The notes beneath the pieces were generated by a model, which saw only the letters and a program-made list of their open reading frames with translations, did no database searches and was not told where the DNA came from. This document shows, piece by piece, positions 36,327 to 47,438 of a stretch of 64,000 bases of DNA. This DNA comes from Isurus oxyrinchus. Its lineage: Eukaryota. The stretch covers positions 7,936,001-8,000,000 of the forward strand of contig JANJGN010000038.1 of assembly GCA_026770705.1 (NCBI GenBank), in the 5' to 3' direction. A program made the translations under genes and the position numbers. Within the stretch, counting starts at the first letter, position 1; the number at the start of each line of letters is the position of its first letter.

Positions 36327-36452
36327 CTGTTAGCGAATGGAAAAAATGTAATTACATTAGATACCAATCAAATCAATGAATGGAAATAGCAAACCGATAT
36401 CAGAAAAGAAGCAGACTTCTGTTGTATCACTTATACAGTCAGGGATACTCAC

Positions 36453-36498
36453 AGGTGAAGTAAGCCAAGAAGAAGCAAAGGCACAGCGCAAATCCCAT
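36453..36498 (-). CDS. IGHV: VH leader exon
   Basis: ATG GGA TTT GCG CTG TGC...; MGFALCLCFFLAYFT plus 1 nt (46 nt), donor GTGAGT, 126-nt intron, in phase with the V exon. Confidence 0.92.
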
Positions 36499-36588
36499 CC
36501 TCAGTCTCTGGGTATAACTGACTTGGGAGCGTGACTCTCCGTCGCAGTGACACCTGCGGATTGTGAACCAGGAGCTGAACCGTCCCGC

Positions 36589-36596
36589 TATTTATA
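36589..36596 (-). promoter_or_regulatory. TATA box of the VH promoter
   Basis: TATAAATA about 90 nt upstream of the ATG. Confidence 0.65.
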
Positions 36597-36859
36597 CCAG
36601 CTAGAGTCAAATAAGAGAGAGAGAGAGAGACAAAGCTGGAGAATGGGAGTCACTCTCCTCCCCCAGTTAACAGCCTGGCTCCTCCTCCTTTTTCCTGTCT
36701 GAGTCCAGCTGTATAAACAATTATTAACCATTAATATTCCGTGTTCCACAAACATATCTTTTTGATTGTCTGTTTATCCTTTGGGATGTGATACTCTCAC
36801 TCCAAAGCAGGTTTAAATTGATTCAGTGCGAATCTTTACATTCCCAATAAACACCTCAC

Positions 36860-37165
36860 ATGTGCTCAGTGTCCAATTGCTCTCAGAAGGACCTAAACAC
36901 ACCCATGGAATTATTCCGAAGATGAAGGGAGAGATCCCCTGGGGCCAATATTTCTCGTTCAGCCAACATCCCACAATCAGCTTATCTAGTGATTTATCAC
37001 AGCGCAGTTTGTTGGATCCTCCTATACGTAAATTCACGGTTGTCTTTCCTTGCAATACAATGGTGATTATAGGTTTATAAATAAACAAACAAATCTTCAT
37101 TGCCTATAAAGCGCTTTAAGGTATCCTGTGGTTGTGAAATGCACTGGTTAAATGTATGTCTTCTT
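36860..37165 (+). mobile_element. Deu-type SINE 3' part
   Basis: ctggggccaatattt...agccaacatc...aaagcgcttt...tcctgtggttgtgaaatgcact resembles the shark DeuSINE tail; related pieces near 25670-25810 and 51940-52110. Confidence 0.45.
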
Positions 37166-38479
37166 TATTTCCATGTTCCCCTATCTGTGTGATAAAAGAT
37201 ACAAATGTTACTGATATTTGTTCAGAGAAAGCTATTATATTTGTCCCAAGACATCGACAGTTTCGGAATAATGTCATTTAATTTCAGATATAATCCATCG
37301 TGAAATGTGAAGCTTCACTTTAAAACAATCCTCCGTGAATCAATTTTCCACTGGATTTCTGGTCACCAGTGTGAATATTGTTCTTTCATTTCACAGTGAA
37401 TGATTCTAAATGGGAGAAGTTGAGATTTGCACCGAGGAATGTGTGTGTGATGACGCTGCACAGTGCAGCTGAACCCTGTTTAGTTAAGAATTAAATCACC
37501 ATGTCTATCTTTCTAATTGATGTGACAGATTTATCCCACAAACCATTGGGAAATATTTAGCAATGCAGATAAAACAATATCGATCTGGGTGACCCCACTA
37601 AACCATAAATTATATTCAGAGATTTGGGGCATCACGAGTTTGATTTTTTTTTTGATGTTGTTAATTTGCACCAAGGATGAGAAATCATTGAATTTATGGT
37701 GATATCAAGCCAGTTGTGCTCAGCTTTTCAGGTGCCAAGACCAAATGTGCCAACGGGTTATATATGAAAATATAAAGCCTGCCATTACAATTGTACGAAC
37801 AGTTCAGTGAATAATATGAGTTCCCAGTCTCCAGATTGGGATTGTGACTCCACCGTCTGCAGACCATTGGGTAAATTACAAAATTGTTAAATGAATCAAA
37901 CATTAGTATCAGAGTAGTTAATGTGTTATTTATATCTGTGTGATACCAGCTCAGCTGGCATTCCATGTTACAGGATTGTGAAAGAACTTCGCAATTATCA
38001 GAATCAAATTGGCCTTAATTAATTAAAATCCCGAATTTATTGTACTGTTTTTGCCGCATTTAGTCTGTTCTGCACCTGCCATACACAAAACGCAGTTTCC
38101 TTAATATCATCTCATAAGAAATGCAATTTAGATTAAGATTGCCTAACGATTCATTTGCTGCTAAATTTATTCCCAGTTTGTTGAATAACACGTTCATCCC
38201 ATATCTCTGCCCAACAGGCAGTGACAGGAATCCAGCATTCCACCATCAGGGAGGAGAGAATATTCACATTTCAATTTACAGGAAACATCTGTGGCTGCTG
38301 TGCAGAAACTTCAACAACCAGTTTCCTGCTCACAGATCAAATATAGCAAGGCAACAAGAACCCAGCTGTTAGCAAAGGAACCTATTTATACACAGATCTG
38401 CCCAGCAACAATGTTTCCAAACAGTCCAGGTTCATCTCCATTGGGTATATGGACGTTCATTTCGAATGAATTCATACCT

Positions 38480-39060
38480 TGAGATTGCTTCCCAGAACCT
38501 GTATCCTCTCTGAAGTACCAGGGTATGAATCCTGGGAAAGATTCTCAGATCATGAGGCAATTGTGACAGAAACCATCTGACGCTCCAGGGAGCACAAATC
38601 CTGAATGTGATTCCTAGAGACTGGGGGATATTAGAAGCATCAGGGAGCATAAATCCTGGGGTTAGTATCAAGCACCTGGGCCCAGCAGACTCACCAGAGA
38701 ACATAAACGCTGGGAATTGTCCCCAGAACCTGGATTTGCTGATATATGACCGTTTAGTTGTTCAAAACCTGGATATTGCTAATAGGTGCAGGGATTATCT
38801 GATACGAAGTGCCCTTGAATCACATGTCATATTAATGATTCCCAGGTGCTGGTCCCAAGTCACACAGACACACATTGAATCACAAGCCCTGGGCATTATC
38901 TCCAGATGCTGGGCCTATTTGATACAGGCAGTCATGCGAGCACAAACCCTAGGAATGATTATTTGTTACTGGTCCTATATGACACCGACAGACATAGGAG
39001 CAGAAACCCAATTAATTATTCCCTGTTTCTGGGTCTACATGACATAGGCAGTGAATTAAA
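38480..39060 (+). repeat. Cryptic degenerate minisatellite (54-60 bp period)
   Basis: ORF 38607..39047 shows 18-aa then 20-aa periodicity (MIPRCWSQ.../IISRCWAY.../MIICYWSY.../IIPCFWVY). Confidence 0.6.
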
Positions 39061-40069
39061 ACTCCCATCGAACTCTTTGTCACTTCTAGACTTGAATATT
39101 CCAATGGTTTCCTGACCATCTCCCCAGAGCCCACCTTCCATAAATAGGAGCTCAAGCTAAATGCTCTTGCCCATATCTTAAGGCAGACATGTCCAGTTGG
39201 CCCATCAACCCTATTCTCCCTGATTCACAGCGGTTCTCGGTTAAGGAATGCATCAGTAATAAAATTATCACAATTGTTAAACTCCCTCCATGGCCTCCAC
39301 CACCTCTCCCCCGACCTTACAACCACCACTTCCATCCCTATCAGCTCCTTCAGCCTCACAATCCTCCCCCTTCCCTCCTCGAATTCTCACATCTTTTGTA
39401 TCCGTGAATTTTATCACTTGTTGCCAACTGCCTTGGCCCTAAGCCATGGAATTCACTCATAAACCCCTTCTCCCTCTCTCCTCCTTTACTATCCTCACTA
39501 AAAGTTACGTCGTTGACCTAATGTATGGTCATCCACCCTTGTGTCTCCTTACGTGACTCGGTGTCAGACTTGGCCTGTTAGTGGTCTGGTGAATCAACAT
39601 GCAGCGATTTACGATATTAAAGGGGCTATATAGTTGCAAATGGTTGTTGGATATAATTCGATTTCTTTCTGACTGAAGGAAATGTTTTATTAATCTCAGG
39701 TCACGGATAGTGAGATTCTCACTTTTACTGCAACATGCAGAAATCAATACAAGGTCCCGTGAGATGCGCTTTTGATCAACTAACAATCTGTCACAAAGAA
39801 CAATGTGTTCATACACGTTATGCATGCTCTGATTTAATCACTTTTCACAAATGATTTCTGAGGACAGACATTGCCTTGGTAACGGATCGGTGGGACAATG
39901 CAATCTAAATATGAGAACAAAATAAATGGATAATCAATGCACATTAAGGATATTACAGGACCTAAAATTATATTTTTAATCAAAGAGAATAAAATATAGA
40001 AACATAACTGGAAAACATAATCATTTACCTTTGCAGAATTCGCATAGAAACATTAAGAATGATGTGTTT

Positions 40070-40206
40070 AGACAAACACGCACAGGCACATAAGTGAACA
40101 AGCAGACACACAGAGATACAGGTAGACAAACAGAGACGTACACATACGCGCACATACACACTCACAGACACACGCACACACACAGACGTACACACACACA
40201 CACACA
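40070..40206 (+). repeat. (CA)n-rich tract
   Basis: Direct inspection; about 40020-40200 has an inverted paralogue at about 41840-41930. Confidence 0.8.
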
Positions 40207-40460
40207 TAAATGTTCCCTGATCAAAAGTCCTCCCTTCAATTAACGCCAATAAATGTACATTAATATAAATTAACAGGATTTGAACCACTTTGTCCTTTTG
40301 CTAATGTTTCTTTACGCAACAAAGCTTCACTCAGATGGAATCCTTTGCATTGTTATCCTTTGCCACCCCCTGTAGAATGTAATGATCTTGTATATCATTG
40401 TAGCTTGGTTTTGGTGCGTTAATATAAGAGACAATAACTGATGAAGGCATTTTACAGTAA

Positions 40461-40495
40461 CAGCAATGGCAATCTTTCGCCACCAGGTGGCAGTG
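40461..40495 (+). promoter_or_regulatory. CTCF-like binding site
   Basis: TCGCCACCAGGTGGCAGTG (40477-40495) fits the CTCF core CCASYAGRKGGCRS; CAGCAATGGC lies 6 nt upstream, where the U motif would be. Confidence 0.65.
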
Positions 40496-42056
40496 CTAGC
40501 GCGATTGCTTCCATGGAAACATACATACACTGCCTCAATTATTACTGCTCCAAAGCATGTCTATGTTTATATCACAGCAGACCTTCACTCAGTTATTGCT
40601 AGCTCTACTTCGTTCTCAGATTTTGACATTTCTGTCAAGGCCGACATTTACTAACCAAACCTAATTGCCCTGGAAAATGTGTTGGTGAGCCGCCTTGTGT
40701 GTGTTTCAAATCCAAAAACAGTGCAGGTGGGAAGGGAGCTCTGGGGTTTTGACTCAATACCAACGAAGGAAAAAAATCTATATTTCCAAATCAGAATATT
40801 GTGTGTGACTTGGAGCGGCACTAGCAGTTGCTGGTGCTTCCATTCACCTGCTGTCCTTGTCCTTCTATGTCGCAGAGCTCTCGGGTTCTGAAGATGCTGT
40901 CGAAGGATTTATCAAAATGGGGTGAGGGGCTTCCGTTATGTGGAAAAACGATAGAAATAGCATCCTAGAGCAGAGAGAGTTAAGAGATGTTTTAAAAGAT
41001 GTGTTCAAGTTACTGAAGGGGTTTGCAAGGCCATAACCTGACCATGTCTCCGTCCATATTCTACTGGGTCCAGTCACGGACATTGGTGCAATAAACTCTG
41101 TGCGCATCCATCCTTTACACTAGGCACTTTTTCAATTATTGCTGCACTGACGCATGTGTCTGGTTATATTGCACTCATCCATGTCCTTATTTATATTACA
41201 CTAGACCCTTTCTCCTTTATTTCTGCACTATTTTATGCCCACCTTTAAAGTGCATGAGGCCATCTCCCTGTTTATATTCGACGGGGTCTGCCATAGTTAT
41301 TCATGGACTAAACTGTTCAGAGTGCAGGAGTCCTTATCGCTGTTTATGTTAAATAAGGCCTCTTTTCTGTAATGACAGCACTGGACACTTTGTTTATATT
41401 AATCTATTGCCAATGTCAGTTATTGTGGTACAGCATTTTTTTCTGTGATAGGTAAATGGACAGATGGATGAAGGGAGAAGTATGTCTCATAATAATTAAA
41501 GAACATATATTTGACTGGGTGGGAAGATGGATTTTTGTTTGTTGTAAAATACGTTTAGTCTTGGTCACAGCGATCAGGAGCTGTGTACAATTTCTCATTG
41601 CTCTGGTGTTATGTCACAGTTTTGTTGAAAGTACTGGTCGAATCTTATGACAATCTCGGAAATTTGAACTGGATTGAGGGACTGAAGGATAGGTGAGCCA
41701 GAGCGCATTGCAGTTCATAAAGATTAGTGGAAATCTCTGTTGTGTCTATTGTACACCGTGTTTTAATGTTAAGGAATGTTTCTCCTGAGGGCCTTTACAT
41801 TCACGTTTTCCGTGTTACTGGTTGTGTGACTGAGCCTCAACATATGTATCTGCGTCTATTTGTGTCTGTGAGTGTGTGCATACAAGACACATTATTCCTA
41901 ATGTTTGCAAGTTACATCCACAAAGGTGGATTTGCTTCACCAGTTATTTTTACAGCATTTAATTCCCTTTCATTAAAAATGCGTTGAGTGTAAGTGCAAA
42001 TTTGTTTGTTGATACGTTTCTATCAACAACAGTACGAACGTCGACATTTTCACGAT

Positions 42057-42093
42057 AGCAGTAATGGCAACGATTGGCCACCAGGTGACAGTG
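42057..42093 (+). promoter_or_regulatory. Second CTCF-like site (paralogue)
   Basis: TGGCCACCAGGTGACAGTG (42075-42093) with a homologous upstream flank. Confidence 0.5.
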
Positions 42094-42479
42094 TAAGTTG
42101 ATTTGCCTAAATTATACCAAACCAGCACTGCCTCAGGCGGTGATAACTGAGAAAGGGCCTAGTGTAATGTAGGGATGGGCATGGATGGTTTATATTACAT
42201 TAGACAGTCTCTAATGTTTTACTTATTTATTATCGACTGATTTGGAATAGTTGTTAAGTCAAACATGTCTACCGACTCCCAATTCCCCTTTAGAAATGGC
42301 GAATTGCCACCATTTTGAAAGTATCAAGCGGTTTAATACCTTTTAAAATGCATAAATGCCAAGGCTCGCCCGAATTGTACCCTCGGCATAAGAATGACCA
42401 TGACTTTATAATCCTTTGCAACTTCAGGCACTGAGACAGGGCGACAGGACAGCTAACGTTGTGCCCTTGTTCAAAACGC

Positions 42480-43670
42480 AGAAAGGTATAAGACTGAGTA
42501 ATTACAGGACACTGAATATAATCTTGGAGCAGGGAATAGTATTGGAAAGAGAACATTCTAAGAGACATTTAGAATGACACTGAGTAAGCAAAGCTGGACA
42601 GCAAGAATTTGTTAAACGAAGGGCGAGTCTGACTATTATGCATAAATATTTTGAAGGTATAATAAGGAGTGCAGATGGAAACAATGCATTCTATGTAGTG
42701 TATATGGATTTTAAAATGAGCAGGTTCTACATGGCAGAGCGGTTCTGAAATTAAAAGCCAATGTGATCCAAGGCAAAGCGGCGAGGTAAATCCAAAATTG
42801 GTTCAATGCCAGGAAGCAAACGGTAAATGACACGGGGTGTTTCTGTAAATGGGAGTGGTATCCCCCAGGCCTTAGTAATAGGACACTTGCCTTTTCTTGC
42901 ATGTATCAATTACTTGCACATGACTGAAAAGAGCATGATTAAGAAGGCTTTAGATGATACACAAATTGGCTGTGTGATTAAGAATTGAGCAAAAAGCTGT
43001 ATACTGCAGGAAATCGACCAGTCAGGTAGACATAAGAATGGCTTAGAGATGATTGCGAGGTAGTGCATTTAAGGAAAGCTAACAAGATAAAGTAATAAAC
43101 AGTAAATAAAACATAAGTACGAGGAGCAAGAGTTGGCAATTCCGCCCACCGAGCCTGCCCCGCTATTCATTACGATCATAGCTGATCTCATTTCGGCCTC
43201 AACTCCAATTTCCCATCCTCTCCCTGTAACCTTTCAACCCATTACTAATTAAAAATCTGTCTTTCTCCTCCTTAAATTTATTCAGCACCCCGGCATCCAG
43301 CGCATTCTGAGATAGTGACTGCCACTGATTCACGAATGATACGACACTGAGAAGTAAAGTGGGACTATCGAATGCAGATATTCATAAAGGTGCCTGACAG
43401 GTAGATAAATTGATCAAGAAACAGATGGGATTCTTGCCTTTATTCTCCGAGGCATAGAATATACGAGTTGAGACGTCCTGCTGGAACTGTGTAAAACAAT
43501 AGTTAGGCCCGAGTTAGAGTGTTCGGTGCAGCCCTGGGCCAGGAACAATATGAAAGATTTGATTGGGCTAGAAACGTTACAGCGGAGATTTATGACGACA
43601 TTGCCTCGACTGCAGGAGGATTGCTATTTGGGAGGATAGGTTAGGTTTGTTTACTTTTGAACAAAGGAAG
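42480..43670 (+). mobile_element. Degenerate CR1 LINE RT fragment with nested insertion
   Basis: Decayed CR1 motifs (gtagtgtatatggatttt, aggcatagaatatacgag, aaaacaatagttaggcccgagttagagtg); opposite-strand LINE tail at about 43110-43330. Confidence 0.6.
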
Positions 43671-44224
43671 CTGAGGTAACACAATGCTGCATAAAAGAGG
43701 TTATTCTCTTTGCCTCCATAACTCCTTGCTGTGCCCGCATGCTTTGTGTGATCCGTGTACAAACACACACAGATCTCTCTGCACCGAAGAATTCTGCAGT
43801 CAATAACATGTTGCCTTTCGACTTATCCGGCAAAATTAGTCAAACTCATATTTTTCCAACCTTATATTCCATCAGCACAATCACTCAGCTTACCAATATG
43901 TCATTGTGGCCTCTTAGTGTCCTCCTCAGAACCTAGTTCCTTTTCCAGCTTGGTATCATCAGCAAATCTGGCTAAAGTACTGTCGACCCCTTCATTCTAG
44001 AGTAAATAGGTCACGGCAAATGTTTTCACCCAAAGGATGATGGGAATCTAAAACTCATGATGTGAAAGAGTTGTAAAAACTTGAAGTGAAACAACCTAAA
44101 AGGTTACAGACCAAGAGCTGGAAAGTTGACAAGGCTGATTACTGCTTGTTCGCTGGGACGAATGTCCCTCTTCCGTATTGTGGATTTCTATGACCCTATG
44201 ATTCATTGCTGTAAAATAGGGATT

Positions 44225-46320
44225 TCAGGGTTTTGACCCAGCGACGGTGAAGAAATAACAACATATTTCCAAGCCAATGTGGTGTTTGGCCTTGAGGGGA
44301 ACTTATATGTCTTTCCATGGGTCTGTCACACTTGCTCCTCTAGGTGTTAGTAGTCAGGGGCTTGCACGGGCTGTCAAAGAACAGTTGGCGAGTTGCCACC
44401 GTGTATTTTGTAGATGGTGCACACTGCTGTATTTGTGCAGCGGTGCTGGAGGGAATGGATTTATAAACGCCGGATGGGGTGGCCAATCAGGCGCGACAAT
44501 TTTTCCTACATGGTGTCTTCCTTCTTCCGAATATAAGAAATAGTATTAGGAGAAGATAATGTGGTTTCTCGGGCCTGCTCGGCAAGTGTTTTGTTGGAAC
44601 TTCCCTGATCCAGGCAAGCTGAGATATTCAATTACTTTCCTAAAAATTGCATGGACATTGTGGACAGATTGTGGAGAAACTTGAGGTGCATCGCTCGCCA
44701 TACAATGTGCTGCCTCTGACCTTTTCTAGATTCTTCATATATGTTGCTGGTTCAGTTAACTTAATTTACTGCTGTGGCCCCCACAGTGTTGCTGGTGTTG
44801 GATTCTGCGATGCTAATGTCAATGAATGACAACGGGAGATGGTTAGATTCTCTCTTGATGGAGATCGTCACTGCCTGGCACTTGTAACACGTTAAGTCAC
44901 TTTCCACTCATCAGCCAAAGGTTTAATATTGTCCAAATGTTTTTCTTTTCTGCATGGGGGCATGAACTGCTTCAGTATCTGAAGCAACGTGAATGATGCT
45001 GAAAATTGTGCCAACATTCGTGAACATCGTGACTTCTGACATGATTATGGAAATAAGGTCATTGATGAAGCAACTGAGGATGGCTGGGCCTAGGACACTT
45101 TCCTGAGGAAGTCCGAGAGCGATGCTCTGGTGTGGGGCTTTTGGCCTCCAGCAACAGCAATCATTTTCATTTGTGCTAGGTATGACTCCAATGAGTTTCC
45201 CCCTGATTGCCATTGACTGCAATGTTGCTAATGCTCCTTGGCGCCACAATGTGTCAACTGCTACCTTGATGTCAAGGGCATTCACTCTCATATTAGAACT
45301 TTAGCTGTTTGTCTTTGTTGAGATCAACAACGTGATGTAGTCGGGAACTGAAAGGCTCTTGTGAAGCCTAAACTGAGCATTGTTGAGCAGCTTGTTGGTG
45401 ATGAGCTGCTGTTTGATTGCTCCGTCAATGACACCTTCCATCAGGTTGCTGCTGGCTGAGAGTACAATGATTGAGGGTCAATGGGCCGCATTGGGTTTGT
45501 TCAGCAATTTTCCACCATGTTACAGCTTGATCAGGCTGACGCCCCATTTTTAGATCTTCTTGTTGCTGCATCTGATCTACTGCTCTAAATTCATCACTGA
45601 ACAACCGTTGATCCCCTGGCTTCATCCTAATGGTAGAGTGAGGGTTATACATCCCATGACGTGCATATTGTGGGGGGATGAGAATGTTGCTCAAGCTAAT
45701 GGCCTCACTGACGCACGGTTTTAATTGCCAAATATTCTCCAAATCTATCGCATTTAGCACGATGATTATGCCACACAACATCGCGGGTGGTGCTCTCAGT
45801 CTGAAGATGGGTCTTTGTATCCAAAAGAAAAGTACGGTGGACACTCTCATCAATACTGATGTGGAGAGATCTATCTGTGCCAGGTAGAGTAATGAGCGCC
45901 GTCTCAAGTAAGTTTTCTCCTTGTGTTCTCTCAACACCTTCCAGGGGCACGGTCTGGTAGATATGTCCCTCGTGACTCGGCTAGCTCAGTCAGTATTGGT
46001 ATCGAGCCATTCTTGCTGATGTGCATTGAAGTTCCATTTCCTTTTCTGCTCTCAGGGTTTCACCAGAATTGTGTTCAACATGGAGACGCGCTGATTCATT
46101 AGTTGAGGTAGGGAAATAACTCGAATTAGAAAGGAGATTTTCCACTGTTGCCTGTTCTGATGCCAGGAGTATTCATGACTCCTGGAGTCAATATTGAGGA
46201 CCCCCAGGAGCACTCCTTCCCGACTAATATCCCGCCATCACTGGTGGGTCAATCAGGCGTGGGGATATTGGTTGGAAGGTATTAACATTGAGCATCAATA
46301 TGTCAGGCGGGTGTTTAGTT
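44225..46320 (-). mobile_element. Degenerate LINE ORF2 (same family as 9690 and 13470)
   Basis: ORF 44923..45291 has ALDIKVAVDTLWRQG...GLPQESVLGPAILSCFINDL (RT motifs); continues after the CR1 insert at about 47100-47340. Confidence 0.75.
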
Positions 46321-47092
46321 TGTAAGGTCTAATACAGGTAGGAATTATACAGTAAATGGCAGAACCCTTAAGTGCATCGACAGGCAGAGGGATCTGGGTG
46401 TACAGGTCCACAGGTCACTGAAAGTGGCAACGCAGGTGGATAAGGTAGTCAGGAAGGCATATGGCAAGCTTGCCTTCATTGGCAGGGGTATTGAGTATAA
46501 AAGCTGGGAAGTCATGCTGCAGCTGTATAGAACCTTGGTTAGCCTACACTTGGAATATTGCTTGCAATTCTGGTCGCCACATTACCAGAAGGATATGGAG
46601 GCATTGGAGAGGGTGCAGAGGACGTTTACCAGGATGCTGCCTGACCTGGAGGTTATTAGGTATGAGGAGAGGTTGGAAAAACTCTGATTGTTCTGACTGG
46701 AGGGACTGAGATTGAGGGGCGACTTGATAGAAATTTACAAAGTTATGAGTGGCATGGACAGAGTAGACAGTCAGAATCTTTTTCCCAGGGTGGGAGATTC
46801 AATTACTAGGGGACATAGATTTAAGGTGAGAGGAGAAAACTACAGAGATGTGCGGGGCAAGATTTTTATGCAGAGTGTAGTGAGTGTCTGGAATTCGCTG
46901 CTAGAGGAGGTGGTGGAAGCAGGTACGATAGTGATGTTTAAGAGGCAGCTTGACAAATACATGAATAGGATGGGAAGAGAGGGATATGGACCCCGGAAGT
47001 ACAAAATGTTTTAGTTGACGGGCAATATGATCGGCACAGGCTTGGTGGGCCGAAGGGTCTGTCCCTGTGCTGTACTTTTCTTTGTTCTTTGT
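46320..47092 (+). mobile_element. 5'-truncated CR1 LINE 3' end (HER1-like)
   Basis: QVDKVVRKAYGKLAFIGRGIEYKS...LYRTLVSLHLEYCLQFWSP...LRGDLIEIYK...TRGHRFK; 3' UTR ends gggccgaagggtctgtccctgtgctgtac plus a tttgttc tail. Confidence 0.92.
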
Positions 47093-47364
47093 TTTTGTGT
47101 TTCCGCTAGCCTGCGTTCAGTGTTTCTCAATTGTGGTAGATGTCCACAGAAGATCGTTCAGAGAATTTTATACAGTTAATTGGACTGTCTGTATCTTTGC
47201 CTGTGCCTCGATTGATGCCGTCTGGCTTTACTGACTGTGCTCAGGTTGCTGATTCTCGTGGCCGTTTAATAAAAATGACTGCACACGGAGAATGTTTAGA
47301 GGGAGATTCAAAGTTAACCACCTTGCTCTTCATCTGGAGTCCCTTTGGGAAAAAAAACATGGAA

Positions 47365-47438
47365 GGTGGTGGGGGGGGGGGGGGGGGGGGGGTGGGGGAG
47401 AGGGGGGGTTGTGGTGGTGGGGGGGTGGGGGTGTGGGG
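47365..47438 (+). repeat. Poly-G/G-rich tract (G-quadruplex-prone)
   Basis: Run of 22 G plus several further G runs. Confidence 0.8.
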
